Below are positions 9,342 through 19,773 of a stretch of DNA of 64,000 bases, piece after piece. Source of the stretch: an uncultured Verrucomicrobiae bacterium (GTDB taxonomy: Bacteria > Verrucomicrobiota > Verrucomicrobiia > Chthoniobacterales > Terrimicrobiaceae); contig CAVPOC010000004.1 of assembly GCA_963706955.1 (NCBI GenBank), positions 32,001 to 96,000 of the forward strand, in the 5' to 3' direction. The notes under the pieces were generated by a model. The model searched no databases and was not told the DNA's origin. It worked only from the letters and a program-made list of their open reading frames with translations. Position 1 is the stretch's first letter; each line of letters opens with the position of its first letter. Made by a program: the position numbers and the translations under genes.

Positions 9342-9455
9342 ACCGGACGGCTCCTTGCTCGGGGTGGCAAAGAATCTGCGCAAAGTAGAAGAGTCCGATT
9401 CTAACGCAACATTTTAGTCTGGCGCGAGGGCGGCAGCAGCGCGACATGTGACACC

Positions 9456-10214
9456 ATGTTGGCCAAGCGCATCATCCCCTGTCTGGACGTCACCGCAGGT
9501 CGCGTCGTCAAGGGAACTAAGTTCCTGAACCTTCGTGACGCGGGCGACCCGGTCGAGTGCGCCAAGCTCTATGATGCTCAGGGGGCCGATGAGCTTGTCT
9601 TTCTTGACATCACCGCTTCGAGCGACGACCGCGCCACAATGGTGGATGTCGTCGCGCGCACTGCAGAGCAGTGCTTCATGCCTCTGACGGTCGGAGGCGG
9701 GATTCGCACGGTGGAAGATTTTCGCACAATGCTCCTCGCGGGTGCCGATAAAGTGAGTGTGAACACGGCTGCCATACAAACCCCCCAACTCATTTCTGAT
9801 GCCGCGGAGAACTTCGGCTCCCAATGCGTTGTTGTCGCGATCGATGCCAAGCACAGTGCCCCTGGGAGTTGGCGCGTTTACACCCACGGCGGCAGAAATC
9901 CCACGGATCTCGATGCGGTAGCCTGGGCGCGCGAGGTCGCGCAGCGCGGAGCGGGCGAAATTCTCCTCACGAGCATGGACGCCGATGGAACCTGCGGCGG
10001 CTACGATCTTGAACTTACGGCAGCCGTAAGTGCTGCCGTGCACATTCCCGTCATCGCGAGTGGAGGCGCCGGTGAGCTCGACCACTTGGCGGAAGTGCTG
10101 GATCGCGGCCATGCGGATGCCGTGCTCGCAGCCAGCATTTTCCATTTCGGCACATACAGCATCGCTCAAGCGAAGCACTTTCTCGCCGAACGCGGCATCC
10201 CCGTTCGTCTCTAA
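9456..10214 (+). CDS. hisF: Imidazole glycerol phosphate synthase cyclase subunit
   Basis: '[12 protein letters not shown]', '[13 protein letters not shown]', '[10 protein letters not shown]' and 'AASIFHFG'. Confidence 0.98.
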   Translation: MLAKRIIPCLDVTAGRVVKGTKFLNLRDAGDPVECAKLYDAQGADELVFLDITASSDDRATMVDVVARTAEQCFMPLTVGGGIRTVEDFRTMLLAGADKVSVNTAAIQTPQLISDAAENFGSQCVVVAIDAKHSAPGSWRVYTHGGRNPTDLDAVAWAREVAQRGAGEILLTSMDADGTCGGYDLELTAAVSAAVHIPVIASGGAGELDHLAEVLDRGHADAVLAASIFHFGTYSIAQAKHFLAERGIPVRL

Positions 10215-10258
10215 TCCTTCTATTTGAGCTCAGCCCGCCACTGCTTTAAAGGTTTTCC

Positions 10259-10766
10259 ATGAGCCAGAGCGTTCAATCGTTCTCCGCCGAGGCCATTTTA
10301 AACCGGCTACGGGGAGAAGGCCTGCGCATTACCGCCGGACGCCGCAGTATCATCGAGGCGCTCTTCCGGGCCGGAAGACCGCTGTCGCTCCAGGAAATCC
10401 AGGAACTCGCCGCCGCCGAGGGAAGCGGCCCCGACTACGCCACCGTCTTTCGCATGATTGCCCTGCTTGGACCGCTTGCATTTGGTCCATAAGGTCAATC
10501 TTCAGCGTGCTTGCAGCTATTACGAACTGAATGATCCCGCCAAGCATTACGACCACATTGTTTGCACAAATTGTGGCAAGGTAGTGGTCATCGACATCCC
10601 GTGCCCCTTAGGCGACACGGAAAGATTGGTTGCCGAGCACTACGGGTTTCGAAATCTCAGCCACTCGCTGGAATTTTTCGGACGATGCCAGGAGTGCTCA
10701 GAAGGGGAAGAGAGTCGCCAAGGCGCCGAACGCCTGAGCGCCTGGTTGATGTTCTCTCGAGAATGA
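10259..10766 (+). CDS. Fur-family transcriptional regulator (frameshift near 10470)
   Basis: 'GLRITAGRRSII' and 'DYATVFRM' in one frame; 'HYDHIVCTNCGKV' and 'HSLEFFGRCQEC' in the next. Confidence 0.88.
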
Positions 10767-11142
10767 TGACGAGCGCCATTCCGGCGAGGAACAGGTCTCG
10801 TCCAAGCGCAAGCGCCATCTTCATGGCCGACGGCTGGTCGTCCTGTCCAAAGCACGAGCAGCTGACAATGATCCCATTGGCGAGCGCCCAACCAAGGACG
10901 GTTGCGAAGAGGATGCACAACGCGAATATCACGCCGGCGCCGATATGCTTCGTCGGAGACACCAGGATCAACAAGCCCGCAACGATTTCACACACTGGCA
11001 GAAGAATCGAGAGAGGGCGGATCCACGTCTCCGGAAGAAATGTGAATGGGGCCAGCGCAATCGCAAACTGCGCGCTGCTCGATGCTTTAATCAGACCAGA
11101 ATAAAGGAAGATGCTCGCGAGGATCACGCGAAGTGCCACCAC
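10657..11142 (-). CDS. MauE/DoxX-family membrane protein (both ends uncertain)
   Basis: 'LRVILASIFLYSGLIK', 'LPVCEIVAGLLI', 'SCSCFG' and 'RDLFL'. Confidence 0.8.
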   Translation of the reverse strand: MVALRVILASIFLYSGLIKASSSAQFAIALAPFTFLPETWIRPLSILLPVCEIVAGLLILVSPTKHIGAGVIFALCILFATVLGWALANGIIVSCSCFGQDDQPSAMKMALALGRDLFLAGMALVIILERTSTRRSGVRRLGDSLPLLSTPGIVRKIPASG

Positions 11143-11151
11143 CGCTTTGCT

Positions 11152-12019
11152 TCACGCCGCCACGAGCCGATGGATCGATACGACTACCCGCCATGCCATC
11201 TCGACATTATGAACGCGAAACAAGTAGGCGCCGCGCAGCATACCCGCAACAATGCAGGCCGCGGTGGCTGGATCGCGGTCGTTCGGGTCGGCGATCCCAA
11301 GAACCTCTCCGATGACGCTCTTGCGCGAAACGGGCAAGAGAAGCGGGCGTCCGAACTCGTGGAACTTGTCGAGCTCACGAAAGATCCGCAGGTTATCCTC
11401 GACTTGCTTGGCAAAGTCTATTCCTGGGTCGAGAACGATCCCTTCGCGCGGCACACCGGCCTGTTCGGCAAGGTGAATCTTCTCGCGGAAGAATCGAAGC
11501 ATTTCGTCGATTGCGTTCTGGTAAAAGATGTGGGTGTGTGAAATCTTTGGCGATCCCACGGCATGGATAATCAGCAACGCAGCGCCGGTTTGCGCGCAGA
11601 TCTGCGCGTTGCGCCCGTCGTGAAGGGCGCTGAGATCGTTGAGCAGATGCCCGCTGGATCGGAGTGCGACCGCGGCTACTTCGGGGCGCCAGGTATTGAT
11701 CGACAGCAAAGGGGGAAAGACTTGCTGAGCGTCTCTGGGCGGGATGTCCCTCCAGACTTCTTCGAACCGCTCCAAAAAGGGATAGCAGGCGTCGCCATTC
11801 CTCTTCCGGGGTGATGGCGGCTCGATTGGTTCGCGCGCTTTCGCCGCCCACGTCGACGATGTCCGCTCCTTGGGTGACGAGCTCACGTGCCTTCTCGATA
11901 GCCCACTGGGAATCAATTCGCCCGTCACCGCAAAAGGAGTCGTCGTTGATATTGACGATTCCCATGATCAGCGGGCGTCGCGGAAAGCGGACGCATCGGT
12001 CACGGGCAAGCAGTTCCAT
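11152..12019 (-). CDS. folP: Dihydropteroate synthase (frameshift near 11790)
   Basis: 'LIMGIVNINDDSFCGDG' and 'DVGGESAR', then 'LDPGIDFAK', 'SRKSVIG' and 'FRVHNV' in the adjacent frame. Confidence 0.92.
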
Positions 12020-12069
12020 CTTGTTTTAGGAAGCATTCTCTTTCAGGCTTGGTGCCTGTTGCAACAGCC

Positions 12070-13122
12070 ATGAGTTTCATCGATACGATTTTTGCCAAGC
12101 TAAAGCGCCATCCGAAGCGCATTGTCTTCCCCGACGGAGATGATCCGCGGGTTGTGCGTGCCTGCCACGCGTTCTACGAGAAAAAAGTAGGGATTCCGGT
12201 ATTGATCGGAAATCGTGAGGTCATCGAGCGCGTCGCTGTCGCGGAAAAGGTCAGCCTGGACCATGTGGCGATCGTCAATCCGGAAACATCCTCCGATCTG
12301 CCGGTATTCTGCGAACGCTTCGACAAGATCGAACGCTACAAGAAGACTGGGACCAGAGACACGCGCTCACTCATGACGAATCCGAACTATTTTGCCGCCA
12401 TGATGCTGCAGTTCGGGCAGGTGGATGCATTGGTCGGAGGCGTCAACAGCTATTCAGGGTCGCTCCTGCGTCCGCTCATCCAGCTGGTCAAACCCTTGCC
12501 GCATTCCCCGTTCATTTCGGGTTGTCTCGTCGCGGAAGTTCCCGACAAGAAGTTCGGCGATGACGGAGTGCTCTTCTTGGCGGACTGTGGAGTAGTTCCT
12601 GACCCGAACGTCGAGCAGCTCGCGTCTATCGCGGTGCAGACCGGCTTGGTGGCGCGACAGGTCTTCGGAACGCGGCCGCGGATCGCCATGCTGAGCTTTT
12701 CCACGAAGGGCAGCGCAAAGACGCCCTCGACTGAGAAGGTCGCCCGAGCGGTGGCCATCGTCCGTGAACTCGCCGACCGTTTGGGCGTTGAGATTGCGGT
12801 TGATGGCGAGATGCAGGCGGACGCAGCGCTCATTTCCGAGATCGCCCAGCGAAAGATGGGGCCGAGCACCGTCGGAGGAAAAGCAAACGTCCTGATATTT
12901 CCCGACCTCAATAGTGGCAATATCGGAGCAAAGCTTGTCCAGTATATCGGAGGCGCTCGCGTCTACGGGCAGATTCTGCTGGGTCTTTCGCGGCCCGCGG
13001 CCGATATGTCACGCGGTGCAGAGGTAGACGACATCGTAGCAGTTGCTGCCTTGGTTGGCCTCCAGGCTGTTGAGTATCGGAAGCTCTATCCAGCCGAAGT
13101 GGTCGAACCCGACGTGGTCTAA
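12070..13122 (+). CDS. pta: Phosphate acetyl/acyltransferase (PTA_PTB catalytic domain only)
   Basis: 'KRIVFPDG', 'LSFSTKGSA', 'DGEMQADAAL', 'ANVLIFPDLNSGNIG' and 'DMSRG'. Confidence 0.9.
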   Translation: MSFIDTIFAKLKRHPKRIVFPDGDDPRVVRACHAFYEKKVGIPVLIGNREVIERVAVAEKVSLDHVAIVNPETSSDLPVFCERFDKIERYKKTGTRDTRSLMTNPNYFAAMMLQFGQVDALVGGVNSYSGSLLRPLIQLVKPLPHSPFISGCLVAEVPDKKFGDDGVLFLADCGVVPDPNVEQLASIAVQTGLVARQVFGTRPRIAMLSFSTKGSAKTPSTEKVARAVAIVRELADRLGVEIAVDGEMQADAALISEIAQRKMGPSTVGGKANVLIFPDLNSGNIGAKLVQYIGGARVYGQILLGLSRPAADMSRGAEVDDIVAVAALVGLQAVEYRKLYPAEVVEPDVV

Positions 13123-13170
13123 GATGCTGGGCGCTGACCACTAGCGAAACTCGCCGCCGCAATTCCTTCT

Positions 13171-14286
13171 TTGAATACTACCACCCCGCGCATCTTCATC
13201 GCGGCCACCGAGCAAAATACCGGTAAAACGACCACTTCGCTCGGTCTCTACGCTGCGCTTCGGGAGAAGTTCGGCCGAATTGGATTCATCAAACCGGTTG
13301 GCCAGCGCTTCGTCGAGTTCGAAGGCAAAAATGTCGACGAGGACAGTGTCCTGATCCGTCAAACTTTCGGAACCCAGGTTCCGATCGAGGACATGAGCCC
13401 GATTGCCGTCGAGCCAAAATTTACCCGACGCTATATCAATCAGGCAAACAACGACTCGCTCGTCCAACGTATTCAGCAATCCTTTGATCGGGTAACATGG
13501 GAAAAGGACTTTGCGATTATCGAAGGTACCGGCCATGCGGGAGTCGGGAGTGTCTTCGACCTTTCGAATGCCCGCGTTGCCCGAATCGTGCGCAGCAAGG
13601 TGATCCTGGTCACGCCGGCGGGTATTGGGCGTCCGATCGATGAGGCGGCAGTCAACAAAGCACTCTTTGACAAGGAGAATGTTGAGGTGATTGGGGTTGT
13701 CATGAATAAGGTGCTTCCGGAAAAACTCGAATCGATCGCTGAGATTGCCCGGAAAGGGTTCGAACGACTCGGACTCGAATTGCTGGGGGTGATTCCTCGA
13801 GAGAACATGCTCGAGCAATCGACGCTCGAGCGAATTTGTGAAGACATCAGCGGATCTTTTCTGCATCGAACCAAGGATGATCGCACCCGAGTCGCTCGCG
13901 TCCGCATTGGGGCGATGAGTTCTGCCAATGTTTTCCGTCGCGTCGGCGAAAAGACGCTCCTGGTCGTGCCAGGCGATCGCGAGAATGTTGTCCGCTCGGT
14001 GCTGAGGCGTTTGACCGAGCACTCTCGCCCGTTTTGCGGCATTGTCTTGTCGGATGACATCCAACCTTCGCAGGCTCTGATGGAGGAGATCGACGAGTCG
14101 TCGCTGTCGGTCGTCAGCTCCCCGCTGGATAGCTACTCTATCGCAACCCGAATTCTGTCGATGAATGTGAAAACGCTTCCTGGCGATCTTGAGAAGATCG
14201 CGCGCATTCAGGATTTGGTCAGCGCGCACGTAAACGTGGCTCGTCTCCTTGAAAAGATCGGGCTGCCGAATCCGCGTTTCTCCTGA
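13171..14286 (+). CDS. BioD-like P-loop (AAA_26) plus DRTGG domain protein (stand-alone Pta N-terminal module)
   Basis: 'ATEQNTGKTT', 'FIKPVGQ', 'IIEGTGHAGVG' and 'VVPGDRE'. Confidence 0.85.
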   Translation: MNTTTPRIFIAATEQNTGKTTTSLGLYAALREKFGRIGFIKPVGQRFVEFEGKNVDEDSVLIRQTFGTQVPIEDMSPIAVEPKFTRRYINQANNDSLVQRIQQSFDRVTWEKDFAIIEGTGHAGVGSVFDLSNARVARIVRSKVILVTPAGIGRPIDEAAVNKALFDKENVEVIGVVMNKVLPEKLESIAEIARKGFERLGLELLGVIPRENMLEQSTLERICEDISGSFLHRTKDDRTRVARVRIGAMSSANVFRRVGEKTLLVVPGDRENVVRSVLRRLTEHSRPFCGIVLSDDIQPSQALMEEIDESSLSVVSSPLDSYSIATRILSMNVKTLPGDLEKIARIQDLVSAHVNVARLLEKIGLPNPRFS

Positions 14287-14351
14287 TCCGGTCGGTCAAT
14301 CTTTCCCAGAAACATTGACAGAGGGTATCGCTTGCTTCTTAATCCCGGCCC

Positions 14352-15659
14352 ATGAGGTTCCCGCTGCCCCTCACGGCGAAGATAGCAAAATATATCATCG
14401 GTAAGAAGCTGCGGGGCGTGGAGAAGTTCGCGACCGTCTTGCAGCTTGAACCGCTGCACACCTGTAACCTTACCTGCACCGGCTGTGGTCGGATTCGCGA
14501 GTACTCCACTTCGCTCAAGGACGTGATGCGTCTTGAGGATTGTCTTGGCGCCGCAGTGGAGTGCGGCGCGCCGATGGTGTCAATTTGCGGTGGCGAGCCG
14601 CTCATCTATCCGCAAGTCGAGGCGCTCGTGAACGGTTTACTTGATCAAAGTAGGATCGTTTACGTCTGCACCAATGGGATGTTCATGCGAAAGAAGATGA
14701 GGGAGTACCTGGCGGACAAACTCGTGCGAAGCCATGGCTCGAACGGCGATGAAAACGCACTAAACAGCACTCTTGAGGTGCTTCTTTCTGAGGAACTGAT
14801 CACGCCCGCGCAAATGGAGGAAATTCGTAAGGGGAAAACCAAGCCGGGCTCTCCAGTGATCGCTCCGTCACCGTGGATGTATTGGAACGTTCATCTCGAT
14901 GGCCTGGAGCGCACGCACGACCTCATTGTCGAGCGAGAGGGAGTCTTCAAGGAGTGCATCGCCGCCATCCGCATGGCCAAAATCCTCGGCTACCGAGTCG
15001 CCACCAATACCACCGTCTACAAAGAGACCGATATGGGCGAACTCGAGCAAATGTACGACTACCTGTCGTGGCTCGGAGTCGATGGGCATACCATTTCACC
15101 GGGGTACGATTACGACGCGGCCAAGGAGGACATGCGCAAGCGACTCAACCTCCAGCCAGAAAACTTTTTTCTGACGCGCGCGATGACCAAGGAGAAGTTC
15201 AAGGACATCCGCGAGTGGGGTAGCCGCTATACTTTTTTTGGAACTCCGATCTACTTGGACTTCCTCGCGGGAAAGCGCGAGTTGACCTGCTCGGCATGGG
15301 CGATTCCAACGCGCAACGTCCGGGGCTGGAAAGCGCCTTGCTACCTGATGACCGACGGTCACTATTCGAGTTATCGCGAGCTCCTCGAGAAAACTGACTG
15401 GCAGAAGTACGGGGTGGTCGACGGCGTCGCGCGCGACAAGCGTTGCGAAAATTGCATGGTCCACTGCGGCTATGAGCCCAGCGCCACTCTCGGCCGCTGT
15501 GCTCAACCAGGCGATACCTGGCAGAACGTCGCCTTTAATTTCGCACCCAAACCGGCCCCGCGGACCGCAGGCGCTAGCGTCAACCCGTTCAACGGCGTGA
15601 CCGCCGGGAACGGTCACAAGACTGGGCGCCCAAAGAAACAACAACCTGCTGCCGCCTAA
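14352..15659 (+). CDS. hpnH: Hopanoid radical SAM adenosylhopane synthase HpnH
   Basis: 'LEPLHTCNLTCTGCGRI' (CxxxCxxC), 'ECGAPMVSICGGEPL' and 'CENCMVHCGYE'; immediately upstream of shc. Confidence 0.9.
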   Translation: MRFPLPLTAKIAKYIIGKKLRGVEKFATVLQLEPLHTCNLTCTGCGRIREYSTSLKDVMRLEDCLGAAVECGAPMVSICGGEPLIYPQVEALVNGLLDQSRIVYVCTNGMFMRKKMREYLADKLVRSHGSNGDENALNSTLEVLLSEELITPAQMEEIRKGKTKPGSPVIAPSPWMYWNVHLDGLERTHDLIVEREGVFKECIAAIRMAKILGYRVATNTTVYKETDMGELEQMYDYLSWLGVDGHTISPGYDYDAAKEDMRKRLNLQPENFFLTRAMTKEKFKDIREWGSRYTFFGTPIYLDFLAGKRELTCSAWAIPTRNVRGWKAPCYLMTDGHYSSYRELLEKTDWQKYGVVDGVARDKRCENCMVHCGYEPSATLGRCAQPGDTWQNVAFNFAPKPAPRTAGASVNPFNGVTAGNGHKTGRPKKQQPAAA

Positions 15660-15727
15660 ATGACAGCGTGGTTGTCAAGATTGCCCGACCGCGCCTATTC
15701 GGAGTCGGACTTTCTTGGAGATAGCGC

Positions 15728-17707
15728 ATGAAGAGCGCTGTTGCCAACAAGGTCCTGCCGTTTGAAGTTCCGGAGCTCTCCGTCCTGGAGCGGCCGATTT
15801 CCCTTGAGGAAGGAATTCGCCGCTCGCAAGCGAACCTCCTCGGTCTTCAGCAATCGGATGGTCACTGGGAAGGCGAGCTGATCGCTGATGTCACTCTCTG
15901 CTGCGATTACATCATCTACATGCATTGGCTCGGAAAGGTCGACGAAGCCCTGCAGGCCAAATGCGCGGCCCACATCCGCCGACGGCAGCTCGCCGATGGG
16001 GGATGGAACATTTTCATCGGCGGACCCAGCGAGATCAACGCCTCGGTCAAAGCATATTTCGCGCTGAAGTTAGCGGGAGACTCTCCTAACGCCGCGTGGA
16101 TGCGCGAAGCTCGCGCCAATGTTCTTCGGCTCGGGGGCATCCCGCAGATCAATACTTATGGAAAGCTTTACCTGGCCTTGCTCGGACAATTTCCGTGGCG
16201 ATACCTTCCCACGATTCCGCCGGAGATCTTTCTCTTTCCCAAGTGGTTCTTCTTCAATCTGTATGAAATGTCGTCGTGGAGCCGAACAATTATTGCCCCG
16301 CTCACGATTCTGAATCATTACAGACCGACGCGGCAGCTTCCTTCGGCCATGCGGCTCCATGAGCTGTATCCGGCGGGGCTCGAAAATACCGATCTCTCAC
16401 TCAAGAGACATCCGCGATTTTGGGCTTGGCGGAACTTCTTCTTACGTTGCGACAAATTTCTGAAGTTGTATGACCGCCTGCCGATTCATCCGTTGCGGCA
16501 GCGCGCTCTCAAAGCCGCCGAGGCGTGGATGGTTGAACGCATGGGTGAGGGAAGCGAGGGACTCAGTGCGATCTTCCCAGCGATGCTGAACGCGATGATG
16601 GCGCTGCGGGTTCTCGGCTACCCCGACGAGCACCCTTTGGTGAAGAAAGCGGATAAGGACTTTGCCCATTTCTTCGTGGACGATCCGGAGGACTTTCGTA
16701 TCCAACCATGTCTCTCGCCCGTCTGGGATACCGCCATTACCACGATTGCGCTTGCCGAATCCGGTCTCGCCAAAGATCACGCGGCTCTGCAGAAGTCGGC
16801 CGCCTATCTGGAAGAGAAGGAGGTCCGTTTCGAGGGCGATTGGGCGACGCACGTTCCCGACGTGGAACCGAGTGGCTGGGCCTTCGAGCACCAAAACAAG
16901 TACTATCCTGACACTGATGACACCATGATGGTGCTCATGGCGCTGCGTCATGTCACTCCGACTGACTCTCTTCGACGTCGCGCGCAGAACGAGCGCGCTT
17001 TGAAATGGCTACTGGCCTTCCAATGCGAGGATGGAGGCTGGGCGGCCTTTGACAAGGATGTCACCGCGCGTTGGCTCGAGCATGTGCCCTTCGCTGACCA
17101 CAACGCCATCCTCGATCCGACTTGTTCAGACCTGACCGGCCGGGTCCTGGAGCTGCTCGGAGCCTGCGGCTTCGATCGACAAAGTCTTCCCGTTCGCCGC
17201 GCCGTTGAGATGATTCGCCGCACCCAGGAGGCCGATGGTTCCTGGTATGGACGCTGGGGTGTCAATTACATCTATGGAACCTGGCAGATCCTGCGGGGGC
17301 TCGCCGCCATCGGCGAAAACATGAAGCAGGAATGGATCCGCCGCGGCCGCGACTGGCTGGAGAGTTGTCAGAACGATGATGGAGGCTGGGGCGAGACTTG
17401 CGAGTCGTACAACTTTCCCGCTCTCAAGGGTCGCGGACCGAGTACTGCCAGCCAGACTGCCTGGGCAGTGATGGGACTTTGCGCCTGCGGCGATGGAAGT
17501 CGCCCCTCCATAGTTCGCGGCGTAGAGTTTCTCTTGCGCAGCCAGAACGATGACGGCTCGTGGACCGAAGACTTCACCACCGGCACCGGCTTTCCATGCG
17601 TCTTCTATCTTAAGTACGACATGTATCGCCAGCACTTCCCGCTCCTTGCCCTGGCGACTTATCGCAAGATGTCGGGAATATCAGCCGCGCGCTCGAAACT
17701 TAGCTAA
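15728..17707 (+). CDS. shc: Squalene-hopene cyclase
   Basis: DxDD motif 'YPDTDDT', QW repeats ('QEADGSWYGRWG', 'QNDDGGWGE', 'QNDDGSW') and 'QPCLSPVWDT'. Confidence 0.97.
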   Translation: MKSAVANKVLPFEVPELSVLERPISLEEGIRRSQANLLGLQQSDGHWEGELIADVTLCCDYIIYMHWLGKVDEALQAKCAAHIRRRQLADGGWNIFIGGPSEINASVKAYFALKLAGDSPNAAWMREARANVLRLGGIPQINTYGKLYLALLGQFPWRYLPTIPPEIFLFPKWFFFNLYEMSSWSRTIIAPLTILNHYRPTRQLPSAMRLHELYPAGLENTDLSLKRHPRFWAWRNFFLRCDKFLKLYDRLPIHPLRQRALKAAEAWMVERMGEGSEGLSAIFPAMLNAMMALRVLGYPDEHPLVKKADKDFAHFFVDDPEDFRIQPCLSPVWDTAITTIALAESGLAKDHAALQKSAAYLEEKEVRFEGDWATHVPDVEPSGWAFEHQNKYYPDTDDTMMVLMALRHVTPTDSLRRRAQNERALKWLLAFQCEDGGWAAFDKDVTARWLEHVPFADHNAILDPTCSDLTGRVLELLGACGFDRQSLPVRRAVEMIRRTQEADGSWYGRWGVNYIYGTWQILRGLAAIGENMKQEWIRRGRDWLESCQNDDGGWGETCESYNFPALKGRGPSTASQTAWAVMGLCACGDGSRPSIVRGVEFLLRSQNDDGSWTEDFTTGTGFPCVFYLKYDMYRQHFPLLALATYRKMSGISAARSKLS

Positions 17708-17949
17708 GACACGAGGAGCGCTCTCGCGGCGGTGTCCCCACCGCCGACGATTCCTCGACCGAGGACACGGTCGCTATAACAAAAGCCAGAACGATAATGG
17801 GTCCTGGACCGGAAGACTTCACCACCGGGGCCATTTTTCGTGCCTGCTAGCTTAAGTGCGGCAGCACTACCGCTCCTGCGCTTGGCGACTATCAGAAGAT
17901 GGCGGGATCATCTGCCACGCGCCCTAAGCTTCGCTGGGCCACGAGGAGC
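17540..17949 (+). repeat. Degenerate direct repeat: shc 3' end plus downstream bases (17540-17719) duplicated at 17784-17949
   Basis: Collinear shared blocks AGCCAGAACGAT, TGGACCG, GAAGACTTCACCACCGG, CTTAAGT, CAGCACT, CCGCTCCT, TGGCGACT, AAGATG and ACGAGGAGC. Confidence 0.85.
17725..17779. repeat. REP-like GC-rich palindromic element between the two shc-tail copies
   Basis: GGCGGTG-TCCC-CACCGCC hairpin followed by overlapping TCCTCG-AC-CGAGGA and CGACCG-AGGACA-CGGTCG palindromes. Confidence 0.5.
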
Positions 17950-18909
17950 TACAAGAATTTCTCGATCTCCTTTAGGGTTTCGCGAAGCGCCCGATGGCCG
18001 AAGTGGCCTTGTCTAACCTCGAGAAGCTTCGTGCCGGTCCAGCGATCCCGTAGCTCGAGAAGTTCGCTGCGCGGAGAGATGCTGTCGTAAAGTCCGGCAG
18101 TGATAATGACCCGCTCTCCTCCGCAGAGGGGAACTCCATGCAGAGGTGAGCTTAGATGTGCATGGCGGACGCTTTCAGCCGGGAGAATGCCTTGGGAGCT
18201 GAGCAGTCTCCGCATCAGGACGGCGCCGGGATTGTCCCAGATGGCATGCTCGACATTGACGATCGGCTGGATCAAGGCAACGAAGCGGAAATCGCTCTCG
18301 AGGAAGCTGAGCAACGCCCCATTCCAGCCGCCATAACTGGTGCCAATCAACCCAAACTCAGTACAGCCGAGCGCGCGGAGCAGGGCCATGAGTTGACGCA
18401 ACTCGGTGACGCCTTGTCGGAGGGTTTCGCCGTTGCGGACAAGGTTTGCCGTGATGGCCAGTTCGCCATTGAGATAGCCGCGCGGTCTTCGAGAATAGTG
18501 AAACGGGAGATGCGGGAAAATCGCGTTCCAACCACGTTCGTTCAGCCAGCGCGCCACCCGAAGGTAACCGATGTCACTTGCGCTCATCAGGGCATGCAAC
18601 AAGAGAATTGTCGGAGCGGAAGGCCCGCCTCTTCCGATGTGAAACCGCACGCGAGCCCGGTCGTTCTCCGCGAATCCGCTTAAGACCGGTGCATCCCATT
18701 CGATCCAGTTCCCGGTCTCACGTTTTCCAGTGACCGGCGGCGGACGATAGAATTCCTCGCGCGAAAGCGTCGAGCATGTCGACAAATAAGTCTGAAGCTC
18801 TTGCAAGGAGCAAATATTTGCCCGGTGTCGCCATTGCAAAGCGTTCATCGTGCCACACAAGAGCGCCGTCCAACGCACAAGCAACAGCCCGCTCCAGTGC
18901 TTGTTTCAT
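17949..18909 (-). CDS. Alpha/beta hydrolase (ABHD18/DUF2048-like); probable frameshift near the N-terminus
   Basis: Nucleophile 'GTSYGG', 'LPFHYSRRP' and C-terminal 'QGHF'; ATG at 18909 (MKQALERAVACALD) joins the main frame by an indel. Confidence 0.8.
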
Positions 18910-18961
18910 CGGTCGGACACTGCTTTCGGCGGAATATTAAATGAATGGCGAATGAATGATC

Positions 18962-19773
18962 TTATGGTTCTTTCATGCGCACTTTTGGAGGATGTGGCAA
19001 GTCGGCTGGTGTCAGCCCGAAGTCCTCGTAGAGGCGCTCCTTGAGTTTTACAATCTCCGAACTGAACAACTGCCGCGCGAAGTCCTTTGATGTGGTTGCC
19101 TGCTTCCTGCGGCGGTGGAATGGAATTCCCGCAGCCAATCCAGATCTTGGGGCGACGCCACGGAAGCCAGTTCCGAAGATTATAGAGGCGGTCGCTGCCC
19201 AGGATCACACACGGAATAATCGGCGCCCGCGCGAGCGTGCTCAGCAGGGTGAGCACCTTGCTTCATTTCTGCGCCGTTAATGATCGATCCAGGGCCATCT
19301 CGAATTCCTCCCTCGGGAAAAATTCCGACCACGCGCCCCTCCCGGAGTCGCTTTACTGCGATACGCAAGGCGGCGCGATCGGCCTCATTGCGCGCAATGG
19401 GGATCACATTCAAGCCCGTAAAGAATCCTCGAAGAATGCGGCCACGGAAGAGATCGGACATGCCGATCCAATCGATTCTGCGCGGGAAAAGCGGGGTAAT
19501 AATCGGCGGATCGAAGTGACTAATATGGTTGGAGGCGAGAATAAATCCACCCTTCTTCGGGATCTCATGATAGTAGACCACGCGAATCCGGGCATTCATC
19601 CCAAAGAGCATCCGCATCGTATGGTTGCTGAATTGCCACAGGGATTCGCGCCAGATGCGTTCGGCAAGATGCACGCTTAACCTGCCGGATCGCTTCAATC
19701 GCGCGTGCGTTCCAAAGATCCCGAGCGGATCGTCGTGATACCCGGGCCCGACAACGATTCTGGATCGCTTCAT
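18962..19773 (-). CDS. Lysophospholipid acyltransferase (PlsC-like), frameshifted twice
   Basis: 'NHISHFD' (HxxxxD), 'IFPEGGIR' and 'PIIPCVILGSDRL'; terminal frame ends '...FGLTPADLPHPPKVRMKEP*' at 18962; ATGA overlap with the UDG stop. Confidence 0.85.

Noticed and set aside
13141..14229. Long antisense ORFs (e.g. 13141-14229, 40054-41157, 56536-57348)
   Set aside because: Shadow frames opposite well-supported genes, expected in GC-rich DNA
17540..17949. shc tail repeat as a diversity-generating retroelement TR/VR pair
   Set aside because: Mismatches are not confined to adenines, there are many indels, and no reverse transcriptase is in the window
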